Positions 1-11,029 of a stretch of 54,410 nt of DNA are shown here, piece after piece; the first letter of the stretch is position 1; each line of letters starts with the position of its first letter. The notes beneath the pieces were generated by a model. It saw only the letters and a list, made by a program, of their open reading frames with translations, was not told the DNA's origin and did not search any database. Location of the stretch: contig CAUYUJ010000245.1 in assembly GCA_963575745.1 (NCBI GenBank), forward strand, positions 62,001 to 116,410, given 5' to 3'. A program made the translations under genes and the position numbers. The DNA is from Prorocentrum cordatum. Its lineage: Eukaryota.

Positions 1-434
1 CTTTCAACATCGCCTTCTCAAAGCAGAAACGGGGCTCCCGCTTGATAGTTTCTGAAAACGACGACGCCCCAATTTGTGGGCAAAAAATCAACGAATCGAC
101 ACCGAATGTGGAATCACTCCCGATGGCTTCTTCGGGGGGCCAGTTTCTAGAATTTGGGGCATGGCATGGCACTGGAAAAAACTTCTCCAGAAGGCACGAG
201 AGGGCTTCTGAAAGTCTGGCCGCCTTCGGAGAAGGCCCTCTCCTCCTCACTTCCCCCCTGGGCGCCCCGCCGAATATGTTTTTGGGGTCGGAGCTCGGTT
301 CTCTGGCGGTCCTTCGGGACGATCCGGGCACCCCTGCGGCGAGGCGCAGCTGCTGGAACGCATCCCGATTTTGGAAAACCGCCGAGACCTAACGGAAACG
401 TCCGAGAAACTCAAGCCTCGAGCCTCGACAATTA

Positions 435-745
435 CGCAACATGAATACTACTCTCCTCTCTCCCCTGATGACGTCCAGAAGATGTCCCGCTCCCTCCGCT
501 CACTGTTCTTTGAAACACAAGATTCCCGGGAATTGGGCTTTCGCTGGGTTTGTGTTCAAACTGGTGCTCCCGCGAACGCGTTGGCCTCATTTTCGGGCTT
601 CCGCTGGTTCCGAATCGTGCTCCCGCTGCAGCGTTGGTCTCATTTCCGCGCTTCCGCTTGTTCCGAATCGTGCTCCTGCTGCAGGCCTCATTCTGCGCTT
701 CCGCTCGTTCCGAATCGTGCTCCCGCTGCAGCGCTGGCGTCATTG
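435..745 (+). repeat. Dispersed repeat with ~53-bp tandem subunits (second copy ~34000-34320)
   Basis: ttccgaatcgtgctcc(c/t)gctgcag recurs at 608, 661 and 708. The same subunits and the upstream atgaatacta..tcccctgatgacg segment recur at 34008-34320. Confidence 0.85.
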
Positions 746-852
746 TTTCCCAACCATCCTGTGGTGTTGGGTCCTCGTTTTGAAGAGACAGCACCCCGCG
801 TCCCTCCTCCTTCCTTCCTCCTCCCTTTCCTCCCTCCTCCATCTTCAGCAGT

Positions 853-1630
853 TTTCCCCCGCCCAGTACAGCGCTTCGTGGCCCCAGAGGGGGCTCCAAC
901 CACGGTCCCAGTAGCGCAGTCCGCATGCCCCAGAGGGAGCTCCACCGAAAGTCCCAGTGGCGCAGTCCGCCTGCTGTTCCCCCCACCCAGTACAGCGTTT
1001 CGTGGCCCCAGAGGGAGCTCCTCCCGAGGCCCCAGTGGCGAAACTCGCATGCGGTTCCCCCGCCCAGTGCAGCGCTTCGTGGCCCCAGAGGGAGCTCCTC
1101 CCCGGGTCCCATTGGCGCAGTCCGCATGCGGTTCCCCCGCTCAGTACAGCGTTTTGTGGCCTCAAAGGGAGCTCCAACGAAGGTCCCAGTGGCGCAGTGC
1201 GCATGCGGTTCCCCCACCCAGCACAACGCTTCGTGACCCCATAGGGAGCTCCACCGAAGGTCCCAGTGGCGAAACTCGCATGCGGTTCCCCCGCCCAGTG
1301 CAGCGCTTCGTGGCCCCAGAGGGAGTTCCACCGTAGTTCCCGGTGGCGGAATTCGCATGCGGTTCCCCCGCCCAGTGCAGCGCTTCGTGGCCCCAGAGGG
1401 AGCTCAATCGAAGGTCCCAGTGGCGGAATTCGCATGCGGTGCCCCCGCTCGGTACAGCGCTTCGTGGCCCCAGAGGGGGCTCAATCGAAGGTCCCAGTGG
1501 CGGAATTCGCATGCGGTTCCCCCGCTCAGTACAGCGTTTCGTGGCCCCAGAGGGAGCTCCACCGAAGGTCCCAGTGGCGGAACTCGGATGCGATTCCCCC
1601 CCCCAGCACAGCGTTTCGTGGCCCCAGAGG
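853..1630. repeat. 77-bp tandem array, ~10 copies
   Basis: Unit ttcccccgcccagtgcagcgcttcgtggccccagagggagctccaccgaaggtcccagtggcgaaactcgcatgcgg; period measured 1286->1363. Confidence 0.95.
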
Positions 1631-3566
1631 GATGTCCCCCCCTCGGTCGCCGCCGAGACGACGGAGAGCATGCAGACGAGAATGGCATGCAGACAAGAGT
1701 AGACGGGGGGCGGCATTGCAGCCACTGCCGAGACAGCAGTCCCGCTTCCATCAGATGCCGAGGGCAGGTGCAGGAAGTCCCCTTTTTCGGATCGTAAGTG
1801 CATGTAGGACCAAGGTGTGTTCCTGGAGGTGCGTTGTCAAAAAGAGTTGCTTACTTGGAGCTCCACGGGCTTGCACGGAACGAGATCCTAGAGGCCACAG
1901 CCAGTCACTTTGGGACCCGAGTGAAAACCCCTTTTTGCGAGCATTGGTTTGGGGGACACGGCGCAGGTTCGTCAATCATGTGTGGGACAAGGGAGTTGAT
2001 TCGAAGGAAGAGTCACGGGAGGGACAGCACACAAACATTGAGAAGTGCCATGACGCAATATTTATACCGTTGGGGTTGTTCTTCCGGTACTAACGTTGGT
2101 GCAGCAAGGTTGCAGTGGTTGAGCGTACCAATTCACCTTTATACATCGTTCATTGATTCCTTGTATAGTTTGCCTCTGCTGTTTGAGTTTCTGCCCTTCC
2201 AAATTGTTTTGATCAAACTCATGAAGCTAACAAAGTCAGCACGGAGAGAAGGGCATGCCACATTTCGACAGTCAGAGAAGTGTCTTCGAACGCACATGGT
2301 GCACACGCTGGCTCCCTTATGCCAGGGACGTGGCACGGACAACGCGGCCTGCGGTACGAGCTCAAACTACTGGTGTTGCCGCCAGTGTGTGGATGATCAC
2401 GGATGCAAAGGCTGGAGTGGGAGTTGGGGGTGTTGCTCGTGCAGAGACATGATTGTGGAGTCGTTGGACAGCATCGGGCGGGTTGCGAGTGTGCAGCAAC
2501 ATACAAGCATGATGCAACGGGGGATGTCATGGTGGACAGGTTGCCAACGATAGATACGTTGTGACGGAGGCGGTCCCGTGGAGCAGACTCAAGCGTGGCG
2601 TGTTCCCTAGTCGGCGCAAAAATGTTAGACGCTTCGCGTAACCCCACCAGCTGCCTCGGACCCCCCTCTCGGCGACAGCTTCACGCGTCTGCCCGCGACC
2701 GAAAAAGTAACCCCACCAGCCCATCCAGAAACGGTGCCCAGAGGAAGTGCCTCGATCAGGGAAGTGGGCAACACAGAGGAAGGGTCCCCCAGTGGAGGCC
2801 TCTTGGAGCGTCTTGGGGGCCTCTTGGCGGTCCCGGACGCCTCTTAGAGCGTGTTGGGTGCCTCGGAGAGCGTCTTGGGTCCTCCTGGGGGTCTCTTGGG
2901 GGCCTCTTGGAAGCCTCTGGGGCGCCTGTTGGGGCCTCCTGGGGCCTCCTGGGCGCCTCTTGGGGCCCTCCTGAAGCGCTCTTGGGAGCCTTGGGAGCGC
3001 TCTTGGAGCCCCCTTGGACCATCTTGGAGTCATCTTGTAGCCTCGAATGGCCATCGGAAGCGAAAAGGCTAGAAAGCCCAAAACATTGAGTTTCCTGAGG
3101 TTTGGGAAGAATTCTGGCCTCTTCGGAGCCTCCTGGGGGAGCTCTTTGGCCACTTGGAGCCGTCTTGAAGCGGTCTTGGGGCCTCTTGGAGCATCGTGGG
3201 AGCCATCTTGAGGCATCTTGGGATATCTTGAGCCATCTTGGAGGTCATCTTGGGCTCCCCCAGGCGCTCTTGGAGTCATCTGAAGCAGACCCCCCCCCAG
3301 CAGCCCCAAATGTGGCCAAAACCGTGCTAAAATCAATGAGTTTGGCGGTCTCGCCGAGGCCTCTTGGAGCGTCTCGGGTGTTTCTGGGGGGCCTTTGGGG
3401 GCCTCTTGGGGAGCTCTTGGGAGCCCCTTGGGGGCATCCTTGGGGCCTCTTGAAGGCTTCTTGGGGCCACATGCGGCCATCTTGGGGCCATCTCGGGGCC
3501 TCCTGGGGCTTTCTGGGCGCCTCTTGGGGCCATCTTGGAGGAGATCGGTCATAGGACGGGGAGGGC

Positions 3567-4681
3567 TAAATCCGTAAGGGCTTCGCCCCCTGCCGCCGGC
3601 CCCCTCTCTCGGAGAATGGGCCATGGAAGAGCTAAGTCATGAGGCTTTGGCGCTGTCGTGCAGCAGTATCGGAACTTCATGCGAGGCTGATTCGCAATCG
3701 GCAAAACCAATTGATCACAAGAGGGGTTACCACACAGGGCGATTGGTAAGACGTGTATAGTTTACGAGCTTGGTTACCACACCTTGGGATTAAAGGGCCG
3801 AGGGAGTATTCGCAGTTTGGGTTACCACGCCTTGCGATGAATGTGCGTGAGGGGTGGCACCGAATTTCAGAAATGTAGCAAATCCCCTGTGCTTTTGGAC
3901 CCTGACCCCGCGGATCTGCGTGAGGGGTGGCACCGAATTTCAGAAATGTGGCAAATCCCATGTGTTTTTGGACCCTGACCCCGCGGATCTGCGTGAGGGG
4001 TGGCACCGAATTTCAGAAATGTGGCAAATCCCCTGTGTTTTTGGACCCTGACCCCGCGGATCTGCGTGAGGGGTGGCACCGAATTTCAGAAATGTGGCAA
4101 ATCCCATGTGTTTTTGGACCCTGACCCCGCGGATCTGCGTGAGGGGTGGCACCGAATTTCAGAAATGTGGCAAATCCCTGTGTTTTTGGACCCTGACCCC
4201 GCGGATCTGCGTGAGGGGTGGCACCGAATTTCAGAAATGTGGCAAATCCCATGTGTTTTTGGACCCTGACCCCGCGGATCTGCGTGAGGGGTGGCACCGA
4301 ATTTCAGAAATGTGGCAAATCCCCTGTGTTTTTGGACCCTGACCCCGCGGATCTGCGTGAGGGGTGGCACCGACTTTCAGAAATGTGGCAAATCCCATGT
4401 GTTTTTGGACCCTGACCCCGCGGATCTGCGTGAGGGGTGTCGATTTCGAGCCCCCCAGCAATTCAGACAACGCGCCCAGGTGAGGCTAAAAGTCTTGTTT
4501 GGGCCTCCCCCCCCTCGCGCGGTCAATCAACTAGTTACAGTAACCAGCAAGAAGTCAACTAGTTACAGTAACCAGCAAGAAGCAGAACTGTAACACTGGA
4601 AACTACAACCTACGACTGGTACAGGAAACTGCGAATCACGCGCCTCGCAGCCTGGTGGCCCCACAAGGGGGCCGGCGGATT
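3567..4681 (-). mobile_element. Complete non-autonomous Helentron-like element (family A2) containing the 73-bp array
   Basis: Perfect 12-bp subterminal inverted repeats ccgccggccccc (3592-3603) and gggggccggcgg (4667-4678). Hairpin gggc-ttc-gccc (3577-3587) lies outside the left subTIR. A partial IR (ggcccc-acaag-ggggcc) overlaps the right subTIR. Ends are aaat / ggatt. Confidence 0.7.
3845..4438. repeat. 73-bp tandem array, ~8 copies, near-identical
   Basis: Unit gcgtgaggggtggcaccgaatttcagaaatgtggcaaatccc(a/c)tgtgtttttggaccctgaccccgcggatct; repeated ORF starts at 3854, 3927, 4000, 4073. Confidence 0.97.
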
Positions 4682-4954
4682 AGCCTCCCCCCTCAGGAGG
4701 CCAAAATGGGGCCAAATCCATAGTAAAACCAATGAGTTTGGCTTCCTAGCCGAGGCCGTTTTGGACGCTCCAACGCGACGCGGTACCCCCCGTCGAGGTC
4801 CAGGGGAGGGGGTAGGGGGAGGGGTCAAGACCCCCTCCCCGTCCGTCTCGCTCACTCCCACCCGCCCCCCCAACACAAACGCAGCACCCGAGCCTGGCCC
4901 GAGCCGCAGCATATTCAGCAGTCGTCTTTGGATGGGCAGCTACTGGGGGCGAAT

Positions 4955-5187
4955 CCGCCGCCGCCTCCGCCGCCGCCGCCGCCGCCCGCCGCCGCCGCCG
5001 CCGCCGCCGCTGTCCGCCGCCGCCGCCGCCACCGCGCCGCCCGCCGCCGCCGCCGCCGCCCCCGCTGCCGAATCGCCGCCGCCGCAGCCGCTGCCGCCGC
5101 AGCCGCTGCCGCCACGGCTGCCGCCGCCGTCGTCGCCACCGCCGCCGCCGCCGCCGCCCCCGCCGCCGCAGCCGCCGCCGCCGCCGT
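4955..5187. repeat. (GCC)n microsatellite
   Basis: Imperfect GCC triplet tract. Confidence 0.95.
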
Positions 5188-6033
5188 CAAGTGGATTCTG
5201 CATTGTTTTTGTTGACAGGGATTGTAGGGGGAGACCGCGTCGGGTTCGCTGCGCATGCTCCGCATGTGGAGGCAGAGTGTGTTTTGAAGTGTTTTGTGTA
5301 TAAGGGGTGGTGGGGGGGGGGCCCTCATTGGCTCGGGTTGGCTTCCAGTCGCCTGGGCGAGGGGGTGTATATTGATAGGGAACAATGAGAATCCCTTTCC
5401 CGAAGAAACGCCCTAAACCCCCTACGCCCAGAGGGCTGGTGGGATTACTAGGTGTGTCGCTGGTGTAGTTATGATGCGACAACCATCACAATGCAGGGCA
5501 CGCGTGACAGATGTTGCACCATACTGTCTTCCAACGAGCCCCCCAAAGCAAATAACCGCAACGACTGCATGCATGCGAATAGCGATTGCTTGGGCTAGAT
5601 GAAAAAGACCATTAGTATCAACGCATGTTGGGCCCTGGTGGCGAACGCCAGCCTTCTTTGTGCCATTGCAACCGCTTCCAAGTTACACAACGTTCTTGGC
5701 GTTTGCACGCAAGTGTGTATACGCTCCTGCGTGTCGCTCGGTCTTCGGCTTATACCAGTCTTGTACATGTACATGTTATTCCCCCCCCCCACCCCGTGGC
5801 ACGGGAATAGAGGTCTGCATGACGCATAGAAGAGTCATGCAAGAGTCGTGTTTCAGGTAGCCGTATGGTGCATCTTGCTAGCACAGACGTGTCGTCACCG
5901 ATTCTCTTCATATCGGCAGTGTGTAGTCATTGCTTGCCGTTTGTCGCTCGGGCACACTCCCCTCTGTCTAGACTTCATTGCTGGTGTTTTTCCCTCCCTC
6001 GCTGCCCCTCCTGCAACTCACCATGCTTCCCCT

Positions 6034-6055
6034 TCCGTAGCCATGCTGGATCAAT
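6034..6055 (+). other. Relict dinoflagellate spliced-leader sequence
   Basis: TCCGTAGCCATGCTGGATCAAT vs DinoSL DCCGTAGCCATTTTGGCTCAAG: 18/22 identical, ungapped, first 11 nt exact. Confidence 0.65.
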
Positions 6056-6528
6056 CATAGTCGGCCGCGTCCTTCCACATTACCACAGTGCCTCGCTTCC
6101 AGAACTGGCGCGCGAGGTGGATCCGTCGACGTCCCGAATACGCTATTTGTTGGTGTGCTGCGGCGCATCAGCACGCAACACCGCACCCTGTTCATCACGT
6201 CGCAAAGGCTGTCGGGCTGGATCGCGTAAGTCGAAGAAGGAAAAACGCCATAAACATAAACTTGTGGCGCTCCGCGCGGATTTCTTGGATCCGCGCTTGG
6301 CCCCCCCGTCGGCGCCTCCGGCGCCGCCCTTGGCGCGCTCCTGGCGCGCTCCACGCGCCAGGGAGGGGGGCCTGGCGCAGATCCAAGAAGTCCGCTTGTT
6401 CAGGTCTGAATAGAGCCGCCACCCCAACATGGATGAGGCACGCGAAGTGCACCCGAAGTTGCACGTTGCGAGGGGCGGCGGGGGCCCGACAGGGACATCG
6501 CGCACGATACCCACGGTAGACCACCTGG

Positions 6529-6649
6529 CATCGCTCGGACGTGTGCATTTTTTCTCGGCGAGAACCATCGAAGACCATCCTGGACCATCGAGCAACAAAA
6601 AGCACGCACGAAACCGAAAAATGCACGGGAAATGGACGTCCGAGCGATG
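6529..6649. mobile_element. ~120-bp MITE-like element (copies 46914-47124 and 49614-49734, inverted)
   Basis: 14-bp TIR catcgctcggacgt / acgtccgagcgatg; internal ttctcggcgagaaccatcga shared with the two reverse-orientation copies. Confidence 0.75.
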
Positions 6650-6751
6650 GCGAGACCATCAAAGCGTTTTTTATGCTGGCTTCCTGCTTCGAGCCCCTGC
6701 GCGCCGCAGGCTGCGGCCGCGCACGCTCCCCCACGACACGCCGGGCTACCT

Positions 6752-6918
6752 TTCAGGAGGGAAAGAAACACACAGACACAATTAATCGTCGATTCCCCCG
6801 AAAAATATGGGAAAATATGGGTACTGGGGGGGAAGACAAAAACCCAGAAATTAGGAAAGAGATGGGGAATCCTTTTATTTGTGTGTGTATTTATTTGTGT
6901 GTCCCAGGGCCCCATTCA
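6752..6918 (+). repeat. Dispersed repeat (copies ~48213-48320 +, ~49070-49198 -, ~54008-54170 -)
   Basis: tcaggagggaaagaaacacacagacacaattaatcgtcgattccc...gtgtgtcccagggcccc aligns by eye to the reverse complement of 54008-54170. Confidence 0.85.
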
Positions 6919-7014
6919 CTCTCTGGGCGGGGGCGGCCAGGCGCCCGCCGGCCCACGCGAGGCGGCCTGGGGCGCCCTCCGCAGGCCGCGCCGCGAGAGG
7001 CCCAAGGCACGGGC

Positions 7015-7236
7015 CTCGGTGACTTCGCCGTCGTCGTCGTCGTCGTCGTCGTCGACGTCGTCGTCGTCGTCGTCGTCGTCGCGGTCGCTCGGGAGATCCA
7101 CCGGGGCTGGCGGCGGGTGCTTGCGAGCGTGCAGCAGGAGGTCCAGCAGCCACAGGGCCAGGGGGCGGCGCGGCGCTGGGGCGTGCGCGCCGACGCGGGC
7201 CAGCCCGCGGGGAGGAGGGCAGCTTCCGCGGGCGAC
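7015..7236 (-). CDS. Candidate exon of an unidentified host gene (VARGSC...LALWLLDLLLHARKH...poly-D...GEVTE)
   Basis: Open frame of 222 nt bounded by cAG|G acceptor and AG|GC donor; protein-like content. Not verified. Confidence 0.4.
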
Positions 7237-7417
7237 CTGCATGCACCGTGTTGCGTCGACGTCCTCCCGAGGCGTTGTCGATCCTCGATCCGGGAGCGGT
7301 ACCGTGCATGGGTTTGCGGTCTTCGGAGCCGCAAAACTATGCACCGCACCGCGCTGGAGTGGGGCCTCTGCATGGGGGTCCAGACACGGCGCGGCGTATG
7401 GGCTTGAAGAAAAAGCA

Positions 7418-7574
7418 TGAACATAAATTGTTGGCGCTGCGCGCGGATTTCTTGGATCTGCGCTGGGCCTCCCTGGCGGCGCCTCCGGCGCCGCCCCTGG
7501 CGCGCTTCGCGCGCCAGGGAGGGGGGTCCAAACAGATTCGAGAAGCCTGCGCGCAGCGCCAAAATTTATGTTCA
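7418..7574. mobile_element. MITE-like element with ~42-bp imperfect TIRs (partial copy ~6245-6398; related segment ~18645-18740)
   Basis: tgaacataaattgttggcgctgcgcgcgg... and ...cctgcgcgcagcgccaaaatttatgttca are reverse complements. Confidence 0.8.
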
Positions 7575-7744
7575 ATGTGGTTGTTTCCTCTTCTAATGGG
7601 CGACGTCCTCACACAAGGCCCACGGGCCCACGGCCCGCTCGGCAGTAGCGCCAGAGCGCCGCCGACGCGCGCAGGCATTCGCGCCTGGTCGCGAGGCGCC
7701 CGAAAGGGTGCTGGTCGCGAGCCCGATGCTGAGAGGGACGCTCA

Positions 7745-7962
7745 GAAGGCCGACGAGGCCGCCGACATGGCCACCGACATGGTCGACAAGACCGCCGACA
7801 TGGCCGCCGACATTGCCGACAAGGCCGCCGACATGACCGCCGACATGGCCACCGACAAGGCCGCCAGCAAGGCCGCCGACATGGCCGCCGACAAGGCCGA
7901 CATGGCCGCCGACCTGGCCGCCGACAAGGCCGACAAGGCCGCCGACGAGGCCGAAAAGGCCC
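7745..7962. repeat. 12-bp minisatellite gccgac(aa/at)ggcc
   Basis: About 18 units; reads AADK/AADM on the plus strand. Confidence 0.9.
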
Positions 7963-8323
7963 GCCGGCCTGGCCGCCGGGGCCCGACAAGCCGCTGAGCT
8001 CCCAGCGCCGCTCCCCGGAGGCGCCGCCGCAGCCGCGCCGCCCGCGGCACGCCGCTGCCGCAAGCGGCGCGCCGCCGCAGCGCGATGCCCTAGGCGCCGC
8101 CGCGCAGCGTGGCGCGCGGGGCCGCGCGGCATCGGAGCGGCCGCCGCCCGCCGCCGCGCCGTCCGGGGGCCGCCCCGAGGGCACGCTCCTGGAGCGCACC
8201 ACGACGGCGCCAGCTGCTGCTGCTGACCGATGTCAGCAGACGTCCGGCGGCGGACCGCCGGAGCGTGCTGGGTGCACCTCTGGTCACCATGGCTTGTTTG
8301 AGGAGGAGGAGGAGGAGGAGGAG

Positions 8324-8358
<35 letters not shown>

Positions 8359-8687
8359 GGAGCACGAGGAGTCGCCCGAGAACGACGAGAAGCAGTTGGT
8401 GGAGGCGGCGGGGGCGTGGAAGGAGCAGGACGGGGGCATGGCAGAGGGGACGCCGGCTCCGCGAAGAGGGAAGACGAGAGGAAGACCCTGGCTTTCCGAG
8501 TGTTGGTGGGTAGCCCGGGAGGGCCACGCGCACCTCCCGTGCACTCTTGAGCGTGGATTCCGGGCCGCCTTGTCGACGACGGCCTGCGTGTCCACGACCG
8601 CTGTTGCTCGGCCTTGGCTGTCAGTGCGGTGAGGGCGCGCCACAATACGCGGAGCTGGACCCCGGATGTTCAGAGAATCCGACGAAG

Positions 8688-8834
8688 GCATCCATACAAC
8701 ACCACCGTGCCAGACCAGGGCCATCCTGGGCCGTAGGATGGTGTATAGACCCTCCTGGCTCGGCCAGGAGGGCGTATACACCATCCTAGGGCCCAGGATG
8801 GCCCTGGCCTGGCACGGTTGTGGTGTATAGATGC
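8688..8834. repeat. 147-bp near-perfect palindrome (foldback/MITE-like)
   Basis: ~72-bp arms gcatccatacaacaccaccgtgccag...ccctcctggc around a 3-nt loop tcg. Confidence 0.9.
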
Positions 8835-8976
8835 TTTCTGCGTAGAGAAACTCGAGGACCCTGCTGATGCGACCGGCGAGTCGGGCCGCTCGGCTGCGTG
8901 CCTCTCGTCTTCAGGCGTGGCAGGCTGCAGCAGAGCAGGGCTGGCGAGGCAGGAGCAGACGGGGACGGACGCTCTG

Positions 8977-9208
8977 CCTCCTCCTCCTCCTCCTCCCTCC
9001 TCCTCCTCCTCCTCCTCCTCCTCTCTCCTCCTCCTCCTCCTCCTCCTCCTCCTCCTCCCTCCTCCTCCTCCTCCTCTCCTCCTCCTCCTCCTCCTCCTCC
9101 TCCTCCTCCTCCTCCTCCTCCCCCTCCTCCTCCCTCTCCTCCTCCTCCTCCTCCTCCTTCTCCTCCTCCTTCTCCTCCTCCTCCTCCTCCTCCTCTTCCT
9201 CCTCCTCC
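8977..9208. repeat. (CCT)n microsatellite
   Basis: Long imperfect CCT tract; a (GAG)n tract is also present at 8299-8362. Confidence 0.95.
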
Positions 9209-10269
9209 ACAGGCCTTCCTTTCACCGATGCGCCTCCCCTTCGCGCTCAGACAAGAGCACGACGGCTACACGCTCCACGACTACCAACGCCGCAGATGAT
9301 GCAGTGCCCGCTCGGCAAAGCCATGCACAGGGCGGCGCCGCTCCCGTGAGCGACGAAAGTGCGGAAGGCCAGGGCACCCCGAGTTTGGAGTCGAGACCGT
9401 TGCAAGGCAAGGGGCTGAGGAAGAGGAGGGGGAGGAGGACGGAGAGGCTCGTGCCCTTGACCCATGTTCCTGTGGCAGCGCTTCGGCTGTATGAGAAGGA
9501 GCGGGGACATACAGGGGGGAGGAGAACAGGTGACGGGGACAGGGTGAGGGGCTCGGAATTGGGCGAGCGCGCGACGCGGCACAGGGGGAAGCACGGATGA
9601 GGACAATTCCAGGGTTGTCTTTGATCGGGGACGCATGTCCGCAATGTCTGGAAACAGAACGCGGGTCGATTGCAGACGACAGAACCGAGAGGTCACACAG
9701 GCCGTCCAAGCGGAGCGTTCAACACAGCATGGCACGAGTTGGGATTAGGCGAGGCACTGGTAGGAGTTCGAGAGGGAGGTAAGTTTTAAGCCACTGCCCA
9801 AAGGGAGGGCTTGAGAAGGGGAGTCCCCCTTCCCGCTCCTTCTTCTCCTCGTATGCAGAATCCTCGCGTCATGTTGTGGTCATCGCCCTGGTCGCCATTG
9901 CGACCTGCCTCGATTGTAGGGTGCGCCGCATATCATCTGCCCATCCCGTGACTTGGCTCGCCCTGCGAGGGCGAGGAGGTCGCCGCCAAGGAGGGGGCGC
10001 CGAATCCCGCGGAGGCGAGGAGGCCGTGGCCCCGCCGTCGGTGGGCGGGGTCGGCGGGGTCCTCCGTCCTTCTTCTCCCGTCGTTACCTCCTTCTCCCGA
10101 GGAGCGGAGGGGCAAGTAGGGGGCCACACGCGAACCTGACCCCTACCCCCCACGATTTCTGAGGAGGAGGGTGGGGTTCACTTCGCGTGTGGCCCCCTAG
10201 CAAGCTGGATGTGCGCATGCCGTGCAGTCGGACCGAGGGATAAGATCGAGCTCGGTTCTGGGAGGGTGC

Positions 10270-10514
10270 CTTGATGCCCTTCGTGTTTGTTGGGTGTTCT
10301 TGTGCACCCTGGGGAGGGTACCCTTGGACGTTCCGTGTGCTTTGGCCGGCGGAGGGTTTCGCGTTCTTGAGGGATGTCCCTGTCCTAGGTCCGATTGCAT
10401 TTGATGTCACACCCCTCACACTCGCGCACACGTCCCTTCCCATCGCGCTGAGAAGTTCTCTATCCGACGATGGGTGTCCTGAGTGGACCGGGTCATGTGA
10501 TGCGCAAGGGGGAC
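10270..10514 (-). CDS. Candidate exon (GPPCASHDPVHSG...EHPTNTKGIK)
   Basis: Unique-sequence open frame with cAG|G acceptor and AAG|GC donor. Confidence 0.3.
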
Positions 10515-11029
10515 CTGTGCACATTGGAGGTGGAGGAGAGGAGGGGGGGGAGGAGGAGGAGGGGAAGGAGATGTCGGATGAGCAGGAGGAACAGCAGCAG
10601 GAAGAGGAGCGGGACGAGCGGGGGCCGGGAGAGGCAGGCGGAGAAAAGAAGGCATTGGAAGGGCGACATCGACGAGGGAGCCGCGGATCCACGAGTGTGG
10701 CCCTCGCCGGGGCGAAGGGCGCCGTACTGAGCGACGGGAGCAAACCGCCAAGCTCAAAGCGAGGCCAGCGCTGCAGCGGGGGCACCGGTTCAGAAGGGCC
10801 GAGGACGTGCGGATTGGAAAAGCACGCGACCGAGCCACTCGCATCCGTCCGGGGCCGGGCTTCCAGGCCCGGAATGCCTTGCCTCAGGGTTCCCTATAGC
10901 CACTGCCATCGCCGTTTGATGTGCGTGCGCGAAGCTGTGGACGGGGGATAATTGGGGGGCTTCCTGAGGCCCTCTGGGAGGCATCTTTGGCCATCTTGGA
11001 CGCCCTTGCGACCCGCGACCCCCCCGTCC

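Larger units (their letters stand above)
2618..5446 (-). mobile_element. Non-autonomous Helentron/DINE-1-like element (family A) carrying a nested element
   Basis: Left end has hairpin acgc-ttc-gcgt (2629-2639) then ccccaccagc. Right end is acgcccagagggctggtgggatt (5424-5446), containing the inverted gggctggtggg. Internal ggcctcttgggg arrays and modules are shared with other copies in the window. Confidence 0.6.

Noticed and set aside
465..520. Hammerhead ribozyme at ctgatga (also 34035 and minus strand ~15505/15618)
   Set aside because: No correctly placed stem II followed by GAAA and stem III.
2527..3624. 365-aa Pro/Arg/Gly-rich ORF and similar ORFs at 11101-11626 and 43427-43852
   Set aside because: Low-complexity interior of the non-autonomous elements; frames are not conserved between copies.
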